A stretch of DNA of 63,811 nucleotides, filler included. It is 14 parts of 14 records of this genome, joined end to end, with 100 filler letters (N's around TTAATTAATTAA, not from the genome) between each part and the next. Parts side by side here need not be neighbours in the genome. Positions count along the whole stretch, not along the records: positions 44,286 to 48,095 come from SRR15195285_4894; positions 48,196 to 52,692 come from SRR15195285_4895; positions 52,793 to 56,224 come from SRR15195285_4901; positions 56,325 to 60,151 come from SRR15195285_4902; 10 more parts are not named here. One strand, given 5' to 3'. The position numbers were made by a program, and so were the translations under genes. Below the pieces are notes generated by a model. It ran no database searches. It was not told the origin of the DNA and saw only the letters and a list, made by a program, of their open reading frames with translations. This document shows, in pieces, positions 46,277 to 56,782 of this stretch. Each line of letters begins with the position of its first letter. Within the stretch, counting starts at the first letter, position 1.

Positions 46277-48043
46277 TTACTCGTCACTCAGCTGAAGCCA
46301 CGCATAGCATCAAGCGTTAAACAGGGCAGAAAGTGAAAAACTGTAGGCTCATATACGTACTGCGTTCCACAACGTGCCACCTTTTCGCAGCCTTACAAGC
46401 TCATGTTCCTGCACCAGGGACCACGGCAAGTCTGAACGTGTGCGTTCTCGTGCACGTGCGCGCAAAAAACAGAGGAAGGAGGGATTCTGGAGAGCGACAG
46501 AGGGACCCAGCACGCGGGGAGAGAGTGTGTCTCGGACCATATCGCGCTGTGTCTGCAGCTCTCGCTCCAACGCTTGCTCAGCCTGGGAATGGACAGGGTC
46601 GGAAGGACGATAACACCATTAGTGGCAGCGCGTAACGGTGTGGACTGAGATCATCGATGATAGTCGATCATCGGTCGCACCTGTTCTCGTCTCCGCCGTT
46701 CCGCCTGCAGCTGTTGTCTAACTTTCGACATTGCGGCCTGGACGGTGTGCTCCCTGTCCGCTGCGCTTGTGGGGTCTGGTGACGCAGAGCCGTCGGCGAC
46801 GTTCACAGGTTCGGACGCGGCATCCGCATCTCTGTCAGGGACCTCCCACTGACTCTTGCCGTTCTGCAGTTGGCACGGCGATGTACTCAGAACCACCGCG
46901 GAGCCAGGAACGAGCCTGACAAGGTTGCAAGGTGTATGGACCGACCAGTCCTGTCGCAGGGAGCTTTGTGATACGCACCAAGGTGTTGAAGTAGTAGACC
47001 TGGCTGGTCGAGCGAGACACTTTCCTCTCCCAGCCAGCAGGCAAGCTGCGCCCCAGTGCCCCGCCGGCCTGCACCTCGGTCACCGAAAAGTCAGACGGTG
47101 CTGCGACCCAGTCATTCCCGTTATAAATCTGCCACTGCGCCCGCGGTATTCGCCACGGTTCCGGTTCCGTAGTCTCGGCAAACGCCCAGCACTTGCGCTG
47201 GTCCTCGATTAGCGCCACGGTCCACGCCCCCTGTAGCAAACGGCCATCCTCTCGTCAGACAAACCGCACGCTGCCACACCGAATCGCACGGAACACGCCG
47301 TCCCCCATACGCCACGCGTTGTGCGTCAGGCGCCCCATCTCGTGCGACAGCTCGTGGCCTCTCGCATTCGACGTCACACGCTGCACGCAATAGAATGTGG
47401 CACTGCACTGCCGGATTGCCCCATGCTATATGCGAGTATCTGCCCAATCGTATCTAGGAGAGTGCGGGACAGTGCAGTGCGGGGCTGGACGGTCCGTAGC
47501 GCTCAGTTCACGCAGCGAGGCGGAGCGAGGACAGCCTCGAACGATTCTCGGCGGAGGAGGGCGAGCGCCGGCTAAGAAAACCGGTGTACCCGCCGCGGCT
47601 GGGTGGTGACGGAAAGGCAGACAGGACGACGCAGAGCAGCGAGCAGCCGCGAAGCGGTCACACACATAGAATACATCGCCCTTTCCCTCTACCCGTTGCC
47701 CGCTACCCGAGGGCGGAAGGACGACAGCTTAGCACCGTGTGTGGGCACTCCTCCGCTAATTGGCCGCTGCGCGCCACCGAGCGAGGGCGCGATCGAGCCG
47801 CAACAAGCATAGGTCCGATCCCCAGGTAGGACAGGGCGCGCTGCAGTGAGCAGTGGGCAGTGGGCAGTGGGCAGTGCAAACTGTACCCACCCCGTCGTGG
47901 CTGAGCTCGTGGCCTCGCGCATCGCCTTCCTCCTGCGTGTAGATCGCGTGGCCCTCGCGGCGCTGTCCGCTCAGCGTGTAGCTCCCGGAGGCATTCTCCG
48001 CCTTGCCGGTCAGCCCGCGAACCTCCAGCGTCGTCACCGCCAT
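46277..48043 (-). CDS. WW-domain protein with unknown N-terminal domain and coiled-coil tail, multi-exon
   Basis: WW LPAGWERKVSRSTSQVYYFNTL|NGKSQWEVP across intron 46864-46978. Further introns at 46583-46680, 46409-46537 and 46292-46360. Exon 1 is 47891-48043; structure between 47231 and 47890 is uncertain. Confidence 0.75.
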
Positions 48044-48046
48044 ACG

Positions 48047-48088
48047 CCCCAGTCAATAGTACGGTGCAGACAACAGTGGGGCGACCAC
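48047..48088 (-). promoter_or_regulatory. Bipartite upstream element GTGGTCGCCCC-N16-TACTATTGACTGGGG, copy 1
   Basis: Identical blocks and spacing recur at 60110-60151. This copy ends 3 nt before the ATG at 48043. Function is inferred. Confidence 0.5.
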
Positions 48089-48095
48089 TCCCCCA

Positions 48096-48195
48096 NNNNN
48101 NNNNNNNNNNNNNNNNNNNNNNNNNNNNNNNNNNNNNNNTTAATTAATTAANNNNNNNNNNNNNNNNNNNNNNNNNNNNNNNNNNNNNNNNNNNN
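48096..48195. other. Artificial contig linker
   Basis: N44-TTAATTAATTAA-N44. Confidence 0.99.
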
Positions 48196-48670
48196 ATGTA
48201 CACAGTATGAAAAAGTCAAACATACACAGCAAACAAGTACGACTCGCGCCGGGCTCATTGCACGTTGCAGACACCCCGCGAGATTGCGGTCCAGACATCA
48301 TCGATCATGCAGGAGCACGGCAGCACGCGAACGAGCTCGCACGAGTCAGTCAGCAGTGAATCTCGTACTTGCTAGACTGATGATTCGCATTTATTCTTAT
48401 ACAAACAAATGTGAATGAATTCGAGCGAGTATTCAGTAGACTTCGAGATTTCATTTTCAATTTGCAAACATTTCATCCCAGATTTCGAGTCGACACGATT
48501 GTGTCATAGATTACCTACTTGAGTACTGTACCGGCCGGCGCGCGCGCGATACCAAGGCAAGCTGCTGCTGTTCACGCCCTCCATCTCGGGTAGGATTGGC
48601 CAGTGTCTGGTTCTAGGTAACGACGCATCTCCTTTCTTCTCACGGACATCGACACTCTCCATCCCGGAGG

Positions 48671-49873
48671 ATGAGAAGTGCGGCGAGCCGTCGCAGCAGC
48701 GGACGTGCGTCTGGCACCAGCGCCAACACCGGCGCCGCCGTGCAGGAGTCGCTGCAGCCTCGTTCGTCGCTTGAGGCGGAGGTCAGCGTGGCGTCCACGA
48801 CGGAGACGCATGTGCTGCGACTGCGTGACTTTGGGAAGCTGGATGCCACGATCGGGTCGAAAATCAACGGTCCCGTCTTCGAGGTGGGTGACGAGAAGTT
48901 CCGGCTGCAGGTGTACCCGGGAGGACACCCTTCATCTAAATCGGAAGGACATGTTTCGGTGTTCCTGGTGTACGAAGGCAAGAATGACGGCGTACGTGTA
49001 TCCTACTGCATCAAGACCAGTGGCATCGCAGGAATGGAACGGAGAGGGGTATCAGCAACCAAGCTTTTTGCCCCTGTAACGAACGAGGAAAAGGATTGGG
49101 TCAGAAACTTTGGTTACGGTAAATTGATCAAGCGGTTGTGCAATCCCACACAGATGACAGGCTGCCTGACAATAACCGCCGAGGTGACGGTGTGCGGTGC
49201 GCTGACGACATCGGCGCTGCAGCGTACAGGCAAGCCGCAAGTGGTCCTGCCGCCGCGGGCGCTCGGGAGCAACCTGCTCGCCATGTACGAGAGTGGCGTG
49301 CTGTCGGATGTGACACTGAAGCCGGCGTCCGGGCAGCGGGCGGCTCGAATTGCGGACACTGGGGTCCGTGCGCACAAAGTCGTGCTGGCAGCGGGCTCGC
49401 CAGTCTTTGCCGCGATGTTTACCCAAGGGATGGCCGAGGCGGGCAGTGATGTGGTGACGTTGGACGGCATCACCAGCGAGCTGCTGAATCAGCTCGTTCA
49501 CTTTTTGTACACTGACGAGCTCCACCCTGACGCGTTCGACGACCCTGAGGGTCTGTTGGAAGCGGCAGATCAGTACCAGGTTCCACGGCTGGCTGCCGTG
49601 TGTGAAGGAAAGCTGTGTGAAGGCGTCGAGGTTGAGACGGTTGCGCAGCTGCTAGTGCTGGCGGACCGCCATCATGCGATGCAGCTGAAGGAGCACTGCC
49701 TTAAGTTCATAGGAGCCAAGCCGGCAGAAGTCATGGCGACGGAGGGCTGGCAGCTATTAGGCACCGAACCGAACCTGCTGCAGGAGCTGTTTGCTCACGG
49801 TATGGGTGTGCGCGAGCGGCCGTCTGGGGACAGTGATGACAGCTCCAAGAAGGCGAAGAAGGCCCGAACATGA
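48671..49873 (+). CDS. MATH-BTB-BACK protein (SPOP/BPM-like Cullin3 adaptor)
   Basis: MATH (FEVGDEKFRLQVYPGG...GHVSVFL), BTB (SDVTL...AHKVVLAAGSPVFAAMF...FLYTD), BACK-like (LLEAADQYQVPRL...LKEHCLKFI) and a basic C-terminal NLS-like motif KKAKKAR. Confidence 0.93.
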   Translation: MRSAASRRSSGRASGTSANTGAAVQESLQPRSSLEAEVSVASTTETHVLRLRDFGKLDATIGSKINGPVFEVGDEKFRLQVYPGGHPSSKSEGHVSVFLVYEGKNDGVRVSYCIKTSGIAGMERRGVSATKLFAPVTNEEKDWVRNFGYGKLIKRLCNPTQMTGCLTITAEVTVCGALTTSALQRTGKPQVVLPPRALGSNLLAMYESGVLSDVTLKPASGQRAARIADTGVRAHKVVLAAGSPVFAAMFTQGMAEAGSDVVTLDGITSELLNQLVHFLYTDELHPDAFDDPEGLLEAADQYQVPRLAAVCEGKLCEGVEVETVAQLLVLADRHHAMQLKEHCLKFIGAKPAEVMATEGWQLLGTEPNLLQELFAHGMGVRERPSGDSDDSSKKAKKART

Positions 49874-50598
49874 AGAACCTGCGAAAATGTGTGCACGATA
49901 GTGACATGCCTCGTCATACGCACGCGTGCCGCTTCTTCCTGCTCCTCTACCTATCCATCTACGTCCAATTTATCCATCCATTTGCGTTTGTCTCGGAACC
50001 CGCCAACATAGCGACAAGAAGATTGTAAATGGGACAGCGGTAATAGAGTACATGTACAAACAGCACGTCGTAGACTAACATTCATCAACTACTTGACCAG
50101 TTTGTGCGTATACTCGCAGCCCCCGCATTATGCCCGGGGGCAGTTCATTGAAATTCCCACAGCCTGTTTGTCTTGGCTTGCTGCCCTACGACACCACGCG
50201 GTCGCTACAGCTCGTCGTCATGCTAGATGCCAATTCTCGCGTTACGGCAGGAATCGATAATTTAGTGCCTGGGGCGCAGGGGCGGCAGCAACTGGTTGCC
50301 GAACCGAAGTTGCCGTCATCTAAGATTTGCTGAGTTACACCCCGACGAGAAGCGGCTGTAATCTCCGTTATCGCCTCATCAACTGCGGCAAATACTTGCA
50401 CGCGTTCCCTTCGTTCGTGCTCATACTGCCACCTACGCTGTTGTCTTCAAAGTGAAAATCCCGGACTGGAAGGGCAACTCAACGTAGATTTGTACATCAA
50501 CCCTGGTCAACTGCGCCCAGCGAACGCCAAGTACAGCCGCAACTACGACAGACACAACAAGCACTACCAGTTCTTTCAAGATGGGATCTACCACATCG

Positions 50599-52692
50599 TC
50601 ACCACGATGGCCCACAAAGTGAGACGTCGACGGACTCGATACCCATAGCAAGTGCTGGCGAGCCCTCTTTCAGTCGATAGTCATCGTTCTCCGCATCGAC
50701 GAACAATGGGTCGGCGACGATGCTATCCCTATCGTAGCCTAACGCACGCCACTCATGCCACGACGTGTTGGAGCATTCGAGGCACCGACCTGGGAACGTG
50801 TCAGTCAGACTGCCAGTCTGTACATTGGCCATGTAGTAGACGTTGCTGCTAAAGTTGTCAAACTCAAATGAATCCAAATAAGAATCGCTGCACGTCGGGT
50901 CGCACGGAGGTGCTTCTGGGTCGACGGACGGTGGCTCACAGTGTCGGTTAGTGCGCCTCGCGCATGCTTGTCCAACAAACAGCGAGGTTGAGGTGGCGAG
51001 CACGCCGTGCGTTGGTAGCGTAACGACGAGATTTCGCCGAAACGTGGTCGGTGTATAGCCGAGCCAGCCCAGGTTTCCATCTGGCAAGGTGGGCAGCAGC
51101 TGGCCGTTGGGGCCGGTCGACTTGTTGTCGAAACTGTTGGCGCGATTCTTGATGAGGACATTGTTCTCAAACCTGCTCTGTGAGATCCGCTGCTCGCGGA
51201 AGTGCCCCTTGTTGGTGAACGGTGGACCGAAGCCATTCCAATTGATGGTGTGTTGCACTACATCATGTACGACATTATTTGTCCACCGCAGCCCACTCCC
51301 GCCACTGTCATAGTAGAGGCCACAGCCCCCGTGTTGAAACGTACTCACGTGGTGAACATAGTTCTGATGCACGAGGAAATTCCCTCCTTCAGTACAGTTC
51401 GCGCAGCACATGTGTAGCCCACCACCATCGCACAGCCCGGTATCGTCCTCCCTACCCACATGATGGATATGATTGAAAGCCACAGTAGTATCGCGACAGG
51501 TATCGTTAAAACAGTCAGCATTGATGGCGTGATTGTGCCGCCCCCAAGCAATCTCATTGTGCTCCACAGTGGCATTGACCGACGGTGGTGCGGTCGTATC
51601 GTACGTGCCGTTGTTCGGTGTGCCAGGTAGATACGCAAACCGATATCCCGAGAGCTCAACACCGTTGCCGGAAGCCACCTCTTGTCCGAAGCGAAGCATC
51701 TTGTTCTCGGCGACAGAGACATGGGAACTGCCCTGCACCTCCACTGCAGTGAACCCACAGTCCTCGAACAGGCTATTGCGCACTACCGCACCATCGCTGT
51801 TCTTCACACTGAGAGCGTTACCACCTGTGTGACGAATCTCGGCGTCGATCAGCGAGAACTCTGTGGTGGATTCATTTAGCCAGATCACAGCGGCAGGCCC
51901 CATAAGGTATCCGCCACCGCCTTCGCCTGCGTCGCAGGTGGGCGTGAGATGTGGGTTTGCCTCACGTGGCTGGTGGTTTGGGCAATCGATGAATGTGTGT
52001 GCCAAAGCCACTCCGCGTATTGTCACGCCAGCAGCACCATTGGCGACTAGCAGCTGCCGTAGTGATGGAAGCGCCGCAGACCACCGACCAGCGGATGGTG
52101 GGCCGTCTGCAGCCGTCGGTGCAAACTGAACTTTGTCCGCCCACTCACCGTCGTCGCTCGACGTCAACCTGAATGCCCCTGATCCAGGTGTGAGCGCCAG
52201 CTCGGGCACATTCTCAGCATACCAGCGCTGATTGCAGCCCGTGTTCTTCCACGGCGGTATCGGTCGGCCCGCGTAGGCCGGTCCGGTGGCGGACTCGCCG
52301 AACATGATCACCGCTTTCGTGATTTCCTCGCCAGACCCTCGGCTTATGCTGCGCACCGAGTGATACGAGCTATCCCACGAGTGGTAGGCGAAGACACGCC
52401 ACTTCGACAGGGCAGGTGGCGAGAGGTCCCAGTGGGCCGGAATGTCGGAGCTGTTGAACACGAAGCCAAGGCCATTCACCGGATTGCTGCTGTTTTTAGG
52501 GTCGATGCCGGACACCCACCTGAGTTGCTTCGTGCGCACGCGGTAGCGACGCGACGGCAGGTTGGGCCCGACATTCGGATCGTGGGCAGCCTGCTGGCTG
52601 TCAGTGGTCGCTGTCCGATTGCCCACAGCTGAGAGGTACAAGCTGGTCGTGTTCGTCAGTACGTGGGCTATGGGCGGCAGCTCCGCCTCCCA
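50599..52692 (-). CDS. Right-handed parallel beta-helix (pectin-lyase fold) protein, 5' partial
   Basis: YHSWD, RWYAEN, Asn-ladder repeats (HNEI, FNHIHH, QNYVHH, GLYYDSG, NNVVHD) and C-terminal SIVADPLFVDAENDDYRLKEGSPA...G...D...GP. Confidence 0.88.
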   Translation of the reverse strand, partial: WEAELPPIAHVLTNTTSLYLSAVGNRTATTDSQQAAHDPNVGPNLPSRRYRVRTKQLRWVSGIDPKNSSNPVNGLGFVFNSSDIPAHWDLSPPALSKWRVFAYHSWDSSYHSVRSISRGSGEEITKAVIMFGESATGPAYAGRPIPPWKNTGCNQRWYAENVPELALTPGSGAFRLTSSDDGEWADKVQFAPTAADGPPSAGRWSAALPSLRQLLVANGAAGVTIRGVALAHTFIDCPNHQPREANPHLTPTCDAGEGGGGYLMGPAAVIWLNESTTEFSLIDAEIRHTGGNALSVKNSDGAVVRNSLFEDCGFTAVEVQGSSHVSVAENKMLRFGQEVASGNGVELSGYRFAYLPGTPNNGTYDTTAPPSVNATVEHNEIAWGRHNHAINADCFNDTCRDTTVAFNHIHHVGREDDTGLCDGGGLHMCCANCTEGGNFLVHQNYVHHVSTFQHGGCGLYYDSGGSGLRWTNNVVHDVVQHTINWNGFGPPFTNKGHFREQRISQSRFENNVLIKNRANSFDNKSTGPNGQLLPTLPDGNLGWLGYTPTTFRRNLVVTLPTHGVLATSTSLFVGQACARRTNRHCEPPSVDPEAPPCDPTCSDSYLDSFEFDNFSSNVYYMANVQTGSLTDTFPGRCLECSNTSWHEWRALGYDRDSIVADPLFVDAENDDYRLKEGSPALAMGIESVDVSLCGPSW

Positions 52693-52792
52693 NNNNNNNN
52701 NNNNNNNNNNNNNNNNNNNNNNNNNNNNNNNNNNNNTTAATTAATTAANNNNNNNNNNNNNNNNNNNNNNNNNNNNNNNNNNNNNNNNNNNN
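52693..52792. other. Artificial contig linker
   Basis: N44-TTAATTAATTAA-N44. Confidence 0.99.
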
Positions 52793-52817
52793 GGGGGGGC
52801 TCTGTGTGTACGCGACG

Positions 52818-52968
52818 ACACACACACACACACACGCTCGACATACTTCTCTCTTGTCTCTCTGCGTGTGTGCCGTCTGCCTGCCTGGCTCTCTGTGGGG
52901 GTTCGGGTGTGTGTGTGGGGGTGGTGGTGGTGTGTGTGTGTGTGTGGGTGGTGGGTGGTGGTGGGGGG
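52818..52968. repeat. Intronic (CA)n, (GT)n and (GGT)n low-complexity tracts
   Basis: Directly visible. Confidence 0.85.
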
Positions 52969-53054
52969 GCACGGGAACGCTCCGTCCGGGGCAGCGCTAC
53001 TCAAGAAGCTGAGCGTCGCGTGCTGACACGCCGTGGCGTCGCTCGCTCCGGCAG

Positions 53055-53877
53055 GCCTATGTGGACCATCTGATTGCCGAGGAGATGAAGACCTTCGCGC
53101 CGAGAGACTATCTGAGCCACCTGCCGGAGCCGGTAAGAGTTGTTTCCTTTCTTCGTTTTTTGTGTGTGTGTCTGTCTGTCTGCCTGTCTGTCTGCCTGTC
53201 TTGGGCGGTGGCTGCTTGCGTGCGCGAGTCTGTCTGGCGCTGCTGCAATGCAGTCGCGGGGTCCCGCGGGCTAGAGAGCGTTCGCTGGGACGGGCCGGCT
53301 GGAGGATCCGCTCACTGCGCATCGCACTGCGCGCGCACACGCGCTCGGCCGCCCTCCCCCACAGCGCTCCTCACTTGCTCCGCTGCGGTGGCGTTAGGAG
53401 CTGAAGTTCCTCGAGCGGCCGATGCTCAAGGCGGAGCTCGAGAGGGTGCAGGGCGGGGGCGAGATGGCGAAGATGGACACGGTGCGATACGCTGTCGCGC
53501 CGCCCGCGGAGGAGCGGGCCGCCGACCCCGCGGCGTGGAGGGCCGCCATCGGCAACGCGAAGGCGCAGCTGGAGCACAACGTGCTGCGCGCGGAAAACCT
53601 GGAGCTGCTGCGCGACTACGGGCCGTCGAACTACCAGGGCTACACCAAGTACCTGGACGCGGTGCAGCACGGGATGGAGGGGCAGCGGGACGACCTGAAG
53701 CGCAAGATCGACGAGATCAACCGCGAGCGGAAAGCGGAGCAGGTGGGTGCGGCGGAGCGCCTGCACGGCCTCGACCAGAAGTGGAAGACGCTGGTGTTCG
53801 GCAACCGGCAGATCGAGGAGGCGTGCATCGCGATGGAAGCGGACATCAAGCGGATCAAGGGCGACGAGCCCAGCTGA
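53055..53877 (+). CDS. BCAS2: Pre-mRNA splicing factor SPF27/BCAS2, 5' partial
   Basis: VDHLIAEEMKTF...DYL, AWRAAIGNAKAQLEH...NLELLRDYG and EINRERKAEQ...LDQKWKTLV..N.QIE.AC. Intron 53133-53397. Confidence 0.92.
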
Positions 53878-54260
53878 ACCATCCGCCCGCCCGGCCGCGC
53901 CCGCCGGCTGCAGCTGTGCTGCGCGCGCCTCTGGCTAGAGAGGGGGGCACGAACAAAAGTAATGGATGCGCCACCGATGGCTGTGCGAGCGACTGCGGGG
54001 AGCCTACTGTTGGGGAGCGGCAGCGGGGCGCAGCGGCCACGTCCAGTGCCGCTCGCGAGAGGCGCTGCGCGTGCGAATGGCACACGAAAGGCACCCGCCG
54101 GAGTCACACACGCGCGGCCGCTGCATTGGATACCTCCCGGCGCCGCATCGTCGAGCATCTCTGGGCGCTCGCGGCCTCGAGAGCTCCGGCCGGTACGCGG
54201 TGCATCCGCAAGCTTGCCGGTTGGCCCAGCCAGCGCGGGCCATGCAGAGCGCGCCCCTAG

Positions 54261-55913
54261 CTAGTACTCCTCGTGCGGCTCCGCTGGAGACAGCGCCACG
54301 CTGCTGGGATGGCAGTTGAGGTTGGCGTGGACGCGCAGGCCTCCCGCGCCGTTGGTCGGGATGGTGAAGGTCCGGCCGAGCCGCTGGTGGCGCATGGAGA
54401 GCTGGTGCGCCTCGAGCTTGAAGATCACCACGTCGCCCCCCGCCTTGTTGAAGCCAGCCTTGGGCCAGCCGCCGTGGCCTTTGGTATGTTGTCCCGCAAT
54501 CGTTGCATAGCTTCCACCATCGTGGCTGATCCAGCCAAAGGCGGTCGGATCGCCGTAACCGTTTGCCTGGGGCTGCGCGTTGCCGATGACGCCTAGGAAC
54601 ACCCACCCATTGCGGTCGATCGGGCCGATCGGGCCGATCGTCGCCTTCCAGAACACGGGACCCGCGCTCGGGTCCAGCGCCTCGCCGCCGACCGCCGCGG
54701 CCTGGCCTTGCTGGCTCGTGGCGCACCGACCCGTGCCTTGGCCTTGCATGCCGCCGTTGCAGTGCGTGAAGGTCAGCGCCTGCGCCGAGATGCCACCGGC
54801 CCGCGCCAGCGCCCCAACGAGGCGGGCATCCTCGGCGTTCAGCCCGAGCCGAGCCGCCGCCGCCTCGTCCAGCTCCACCAGCGAGCGAGTGTGCGTGCGG
54901 CCTGCGCCGACCAGTGTACGCAGCCCGGCCTCGCTCAGCTCCACCTCGCAGCGTCGTAGCTCTGCGCGCAGGGCCTCACGGGCGCGCTCCACCTCCGCCT
55001 GAGCTGCGAGTCGGGCGGCCTCGGCCTCGGCTTCGGCCTTGATGCGCACGTGCTCCGTTGCCACAGCGGTGCGGATCTGCTGGGCCTGCAGCACGTTGAT
55101 GCCTTGCTGTTGCATCAGCTCCGTGATCTGCACGTCCGACAGCGCTGCCACATCCTTGGCGGTGAAGCCCGCCCCGCACGCAGCCGCGAGGGTGGGCAAC
55201 GGAGCGAGATTGCCCGCGGCCTCGGCGAGCTCGTTCAGCCCGTAGAAGCGGGCTTCAATCGCCAGCAGGCGCACCTCCGCGTAGGTCTGGGGAAGCGAGA
55301 TGGAGGTCGGCGTGTGCACGGGCGCTTCCTCCGCCCCTTCTTCGGGCTCGGGCTCCGCCTGCAGCTCAGCATTGTAATCACAGGCGGCGGCGGCGGCGGC
55401 ATTGCCCGCGGCGGCATCATACTCCCGCAGGTAGTCCAGCACGTACTGGAACAGCGTGCCGTTGCGGTCGATCACGGCCGGGGGTCCGTCCGCTGCTCGT
55501 GGCAGCAGCACGGTGGACTGTCCCCGGGGCACGCCCTCTGGCAGCGCCGCCCCCGCTCCCGCCCCGTGCTCGTGCTCTCGCCCGTCGAACATCGCAGCCA
55601 GGTGCGAGCCCTTGACCTTGCGAAGCGTCGCCAGCGACGTCTGGTACGGCACCCCGCCGACGTTGAGCTTGATCGCGCGCGGCTCGGGCAGCGCCCTGAG
55701 CCGCAGCACGTCATCGATGCCGATGCCGTACTCGCCCACTGTCTTGTCCTTGTCCTCGAGCTTCACGCCACCGAACACGAGCTGCTGCAGCGACGCGTGC
55801 ACGCCAGTGAGCTCGGCGACCTCACCGTGGACGGTCGCGACGGAGTTGGCCAGGCCGATGTCGACAACCCCCGCGTCGTTTCCCACATCCAGCCACTTGA
55901 CGAACACACGCAT
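54261..55913 (-). CDS. UBL + KCTD-type BTB(T1) + SAM-like + SPRY-like protein
   Basis: UBL (MRVFVK...QQLVFGGVKLED..TVGEYGI), T1/BTB (IKLNVGG..YQTSLATL...LAAMF...IDRNGTLFQYVLDYLR...EARFYGL) and SPRY-like (FWK...WVFLGVIG...GDVVIFKL). Confidence 0.85.
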   Translation of the reverse strand: MRVFVKWLDVGNDAGVVDIGLANSVATVHGEVAELTGVHASLQQLVFGGVKLEDKDKTVGEYGIGIDDVLRLRALPEPRAIKLNVGGVPYQTSLATLRKVKGSHLAAMFDGREHEHGAGAGAALPEGVPRGQSTVLLPRAADGPPAVIDRNGTLFQYVLDYLREYDAAAGNAAAAAACDYNAELQAEPEPEEGAEEAPVHTPTSISLPQTYAEVRLLAIEARFYGLNELAEAAGNLAPLPTLAAACGAGFTAKDVAALSDVQITELMQQQGINVLQAQQIRTAVATEHVRIKAEAEAEAARLAAQAEVERAREALRAELRRCEVELSEAGLRTLVGAGRTHTRSLVELDEAAAARLGLNAEDARLVGALARAGGISAQALTFTHCNGGMQGQGTGRCATSQQGQAAAVGGEALDPSAGPVFWKATIGPIGPIDRNGWVFLGVIGNAQPQANGYGDPTAFGWISHDGGSYATIAGQHTKGHGGWPKAGFNKAGGDVVIFKLEAHQLSMRHQRLGRTFTIPTNGAGGLRVHANLNCHPSSVALSPAEPHEEY

Positions 55914-56224
55914 CGCACAGCACTCTCGTCCAAACCCCCCTACGCGCCCACGCCCTGCTGTCCCTGCCGCCACTCTACTATGTCTCTATGATTTCCTACT
56001 GTATTGGGAATTCCTGATGTCGAGTTGTCGACACTCACGACAGCCGCTCCGCGCTCCCTCGGCCGCCGTGCGCCAACCGCCATGCAAATCCAAATGGCGA
56101 TCCTTCGTTTGGAACCACCAACCAGGCTCCGATACCGTAAAAATCCGGTTCCCGGTGAATAGCTCAACAGTAGGATCGATCGATGATTCACCAGAAAAGG
56201 ATCGATTCTCAGGATTTCACCACC

Positions 56225-56324
56225 NNNNNNNNNNNNNNNNNNNNNNNNNNNNNNNNNNNNNNNNNNNNTTAATTAATTAANNNNNNNNNNNNNNNNNNNN
56301 NNNNNNNNNNNNNNNNNNNNNNNN
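56225..56324. other. Artificial contig linker
   Basis: N44-TTAATTAATTAA-N44. Confidence 0.99.
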
Positions 56325-56401
56325 TAGACCTTGGGCAGGATGCTGTCCAGCTCGTGGGATGCGGCAAACGCCCGCTCGCTGACAACTCTCAGAGGTAGCA
56401 T
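56325..56401 (-). CDS. Possible 5' end of an unidentified gene
   Basis: ATG-initiated frame MLPLRVVSERAFAASHELDSILPKV runs off the contig. Confidence 0.3.
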
Positions 56402-56782
56402 GCCACGCTGCTGCGTGGCACGTGGCACCCCTGGTGGCGCCCCACTCCGGTGTGGATAGCACCTCGCGCGCGTCACAACGCGATTTTAGGGTCGTGAAGA
56501 CGGCGAACGTTGAGGAGCAGAGGCGTGCGTGGCCACGCCGGTGTTCCGGTTAGGGATCCCTACCCACCCACGACCCACATTCACTACGAGATCCCTCGCG
56601 CGCGGTCTGCCGATCCCCCACTCGCGATTTCCCAACGCGTAAACACAGTACCCGTCGCGACACCCGTGGTCGCGAACCCGTTTTGCACCCTTACATTCGG
56701 GTACACACTTTGTGCGCGCGCAAGTGAGTGTAGCTGGCAAGTGTTGTGCACGGCAAGACCATTCATTATTCTACAGCTGTCC

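Noticed and set aside
50130-50600. Extra gene or remnant between the MATH-BTB and beta-helix genes
   Set aside because: Short ORFs with no recognisable similarity; compatible with convergent 3' UTRs.
53061-54260. 399-aa ORF as a single gene
   Set aside because: Only the first 24 codons are SPF27; the rest is intron and off-frame read-through.
55050-56224. Long antisense ORFs (also 44989-45927, 7291-8031, 42963-43577 and similar)
   Set aside because: They shadow real GC3-rich genes on the other strand and contain no recognisable motifs.
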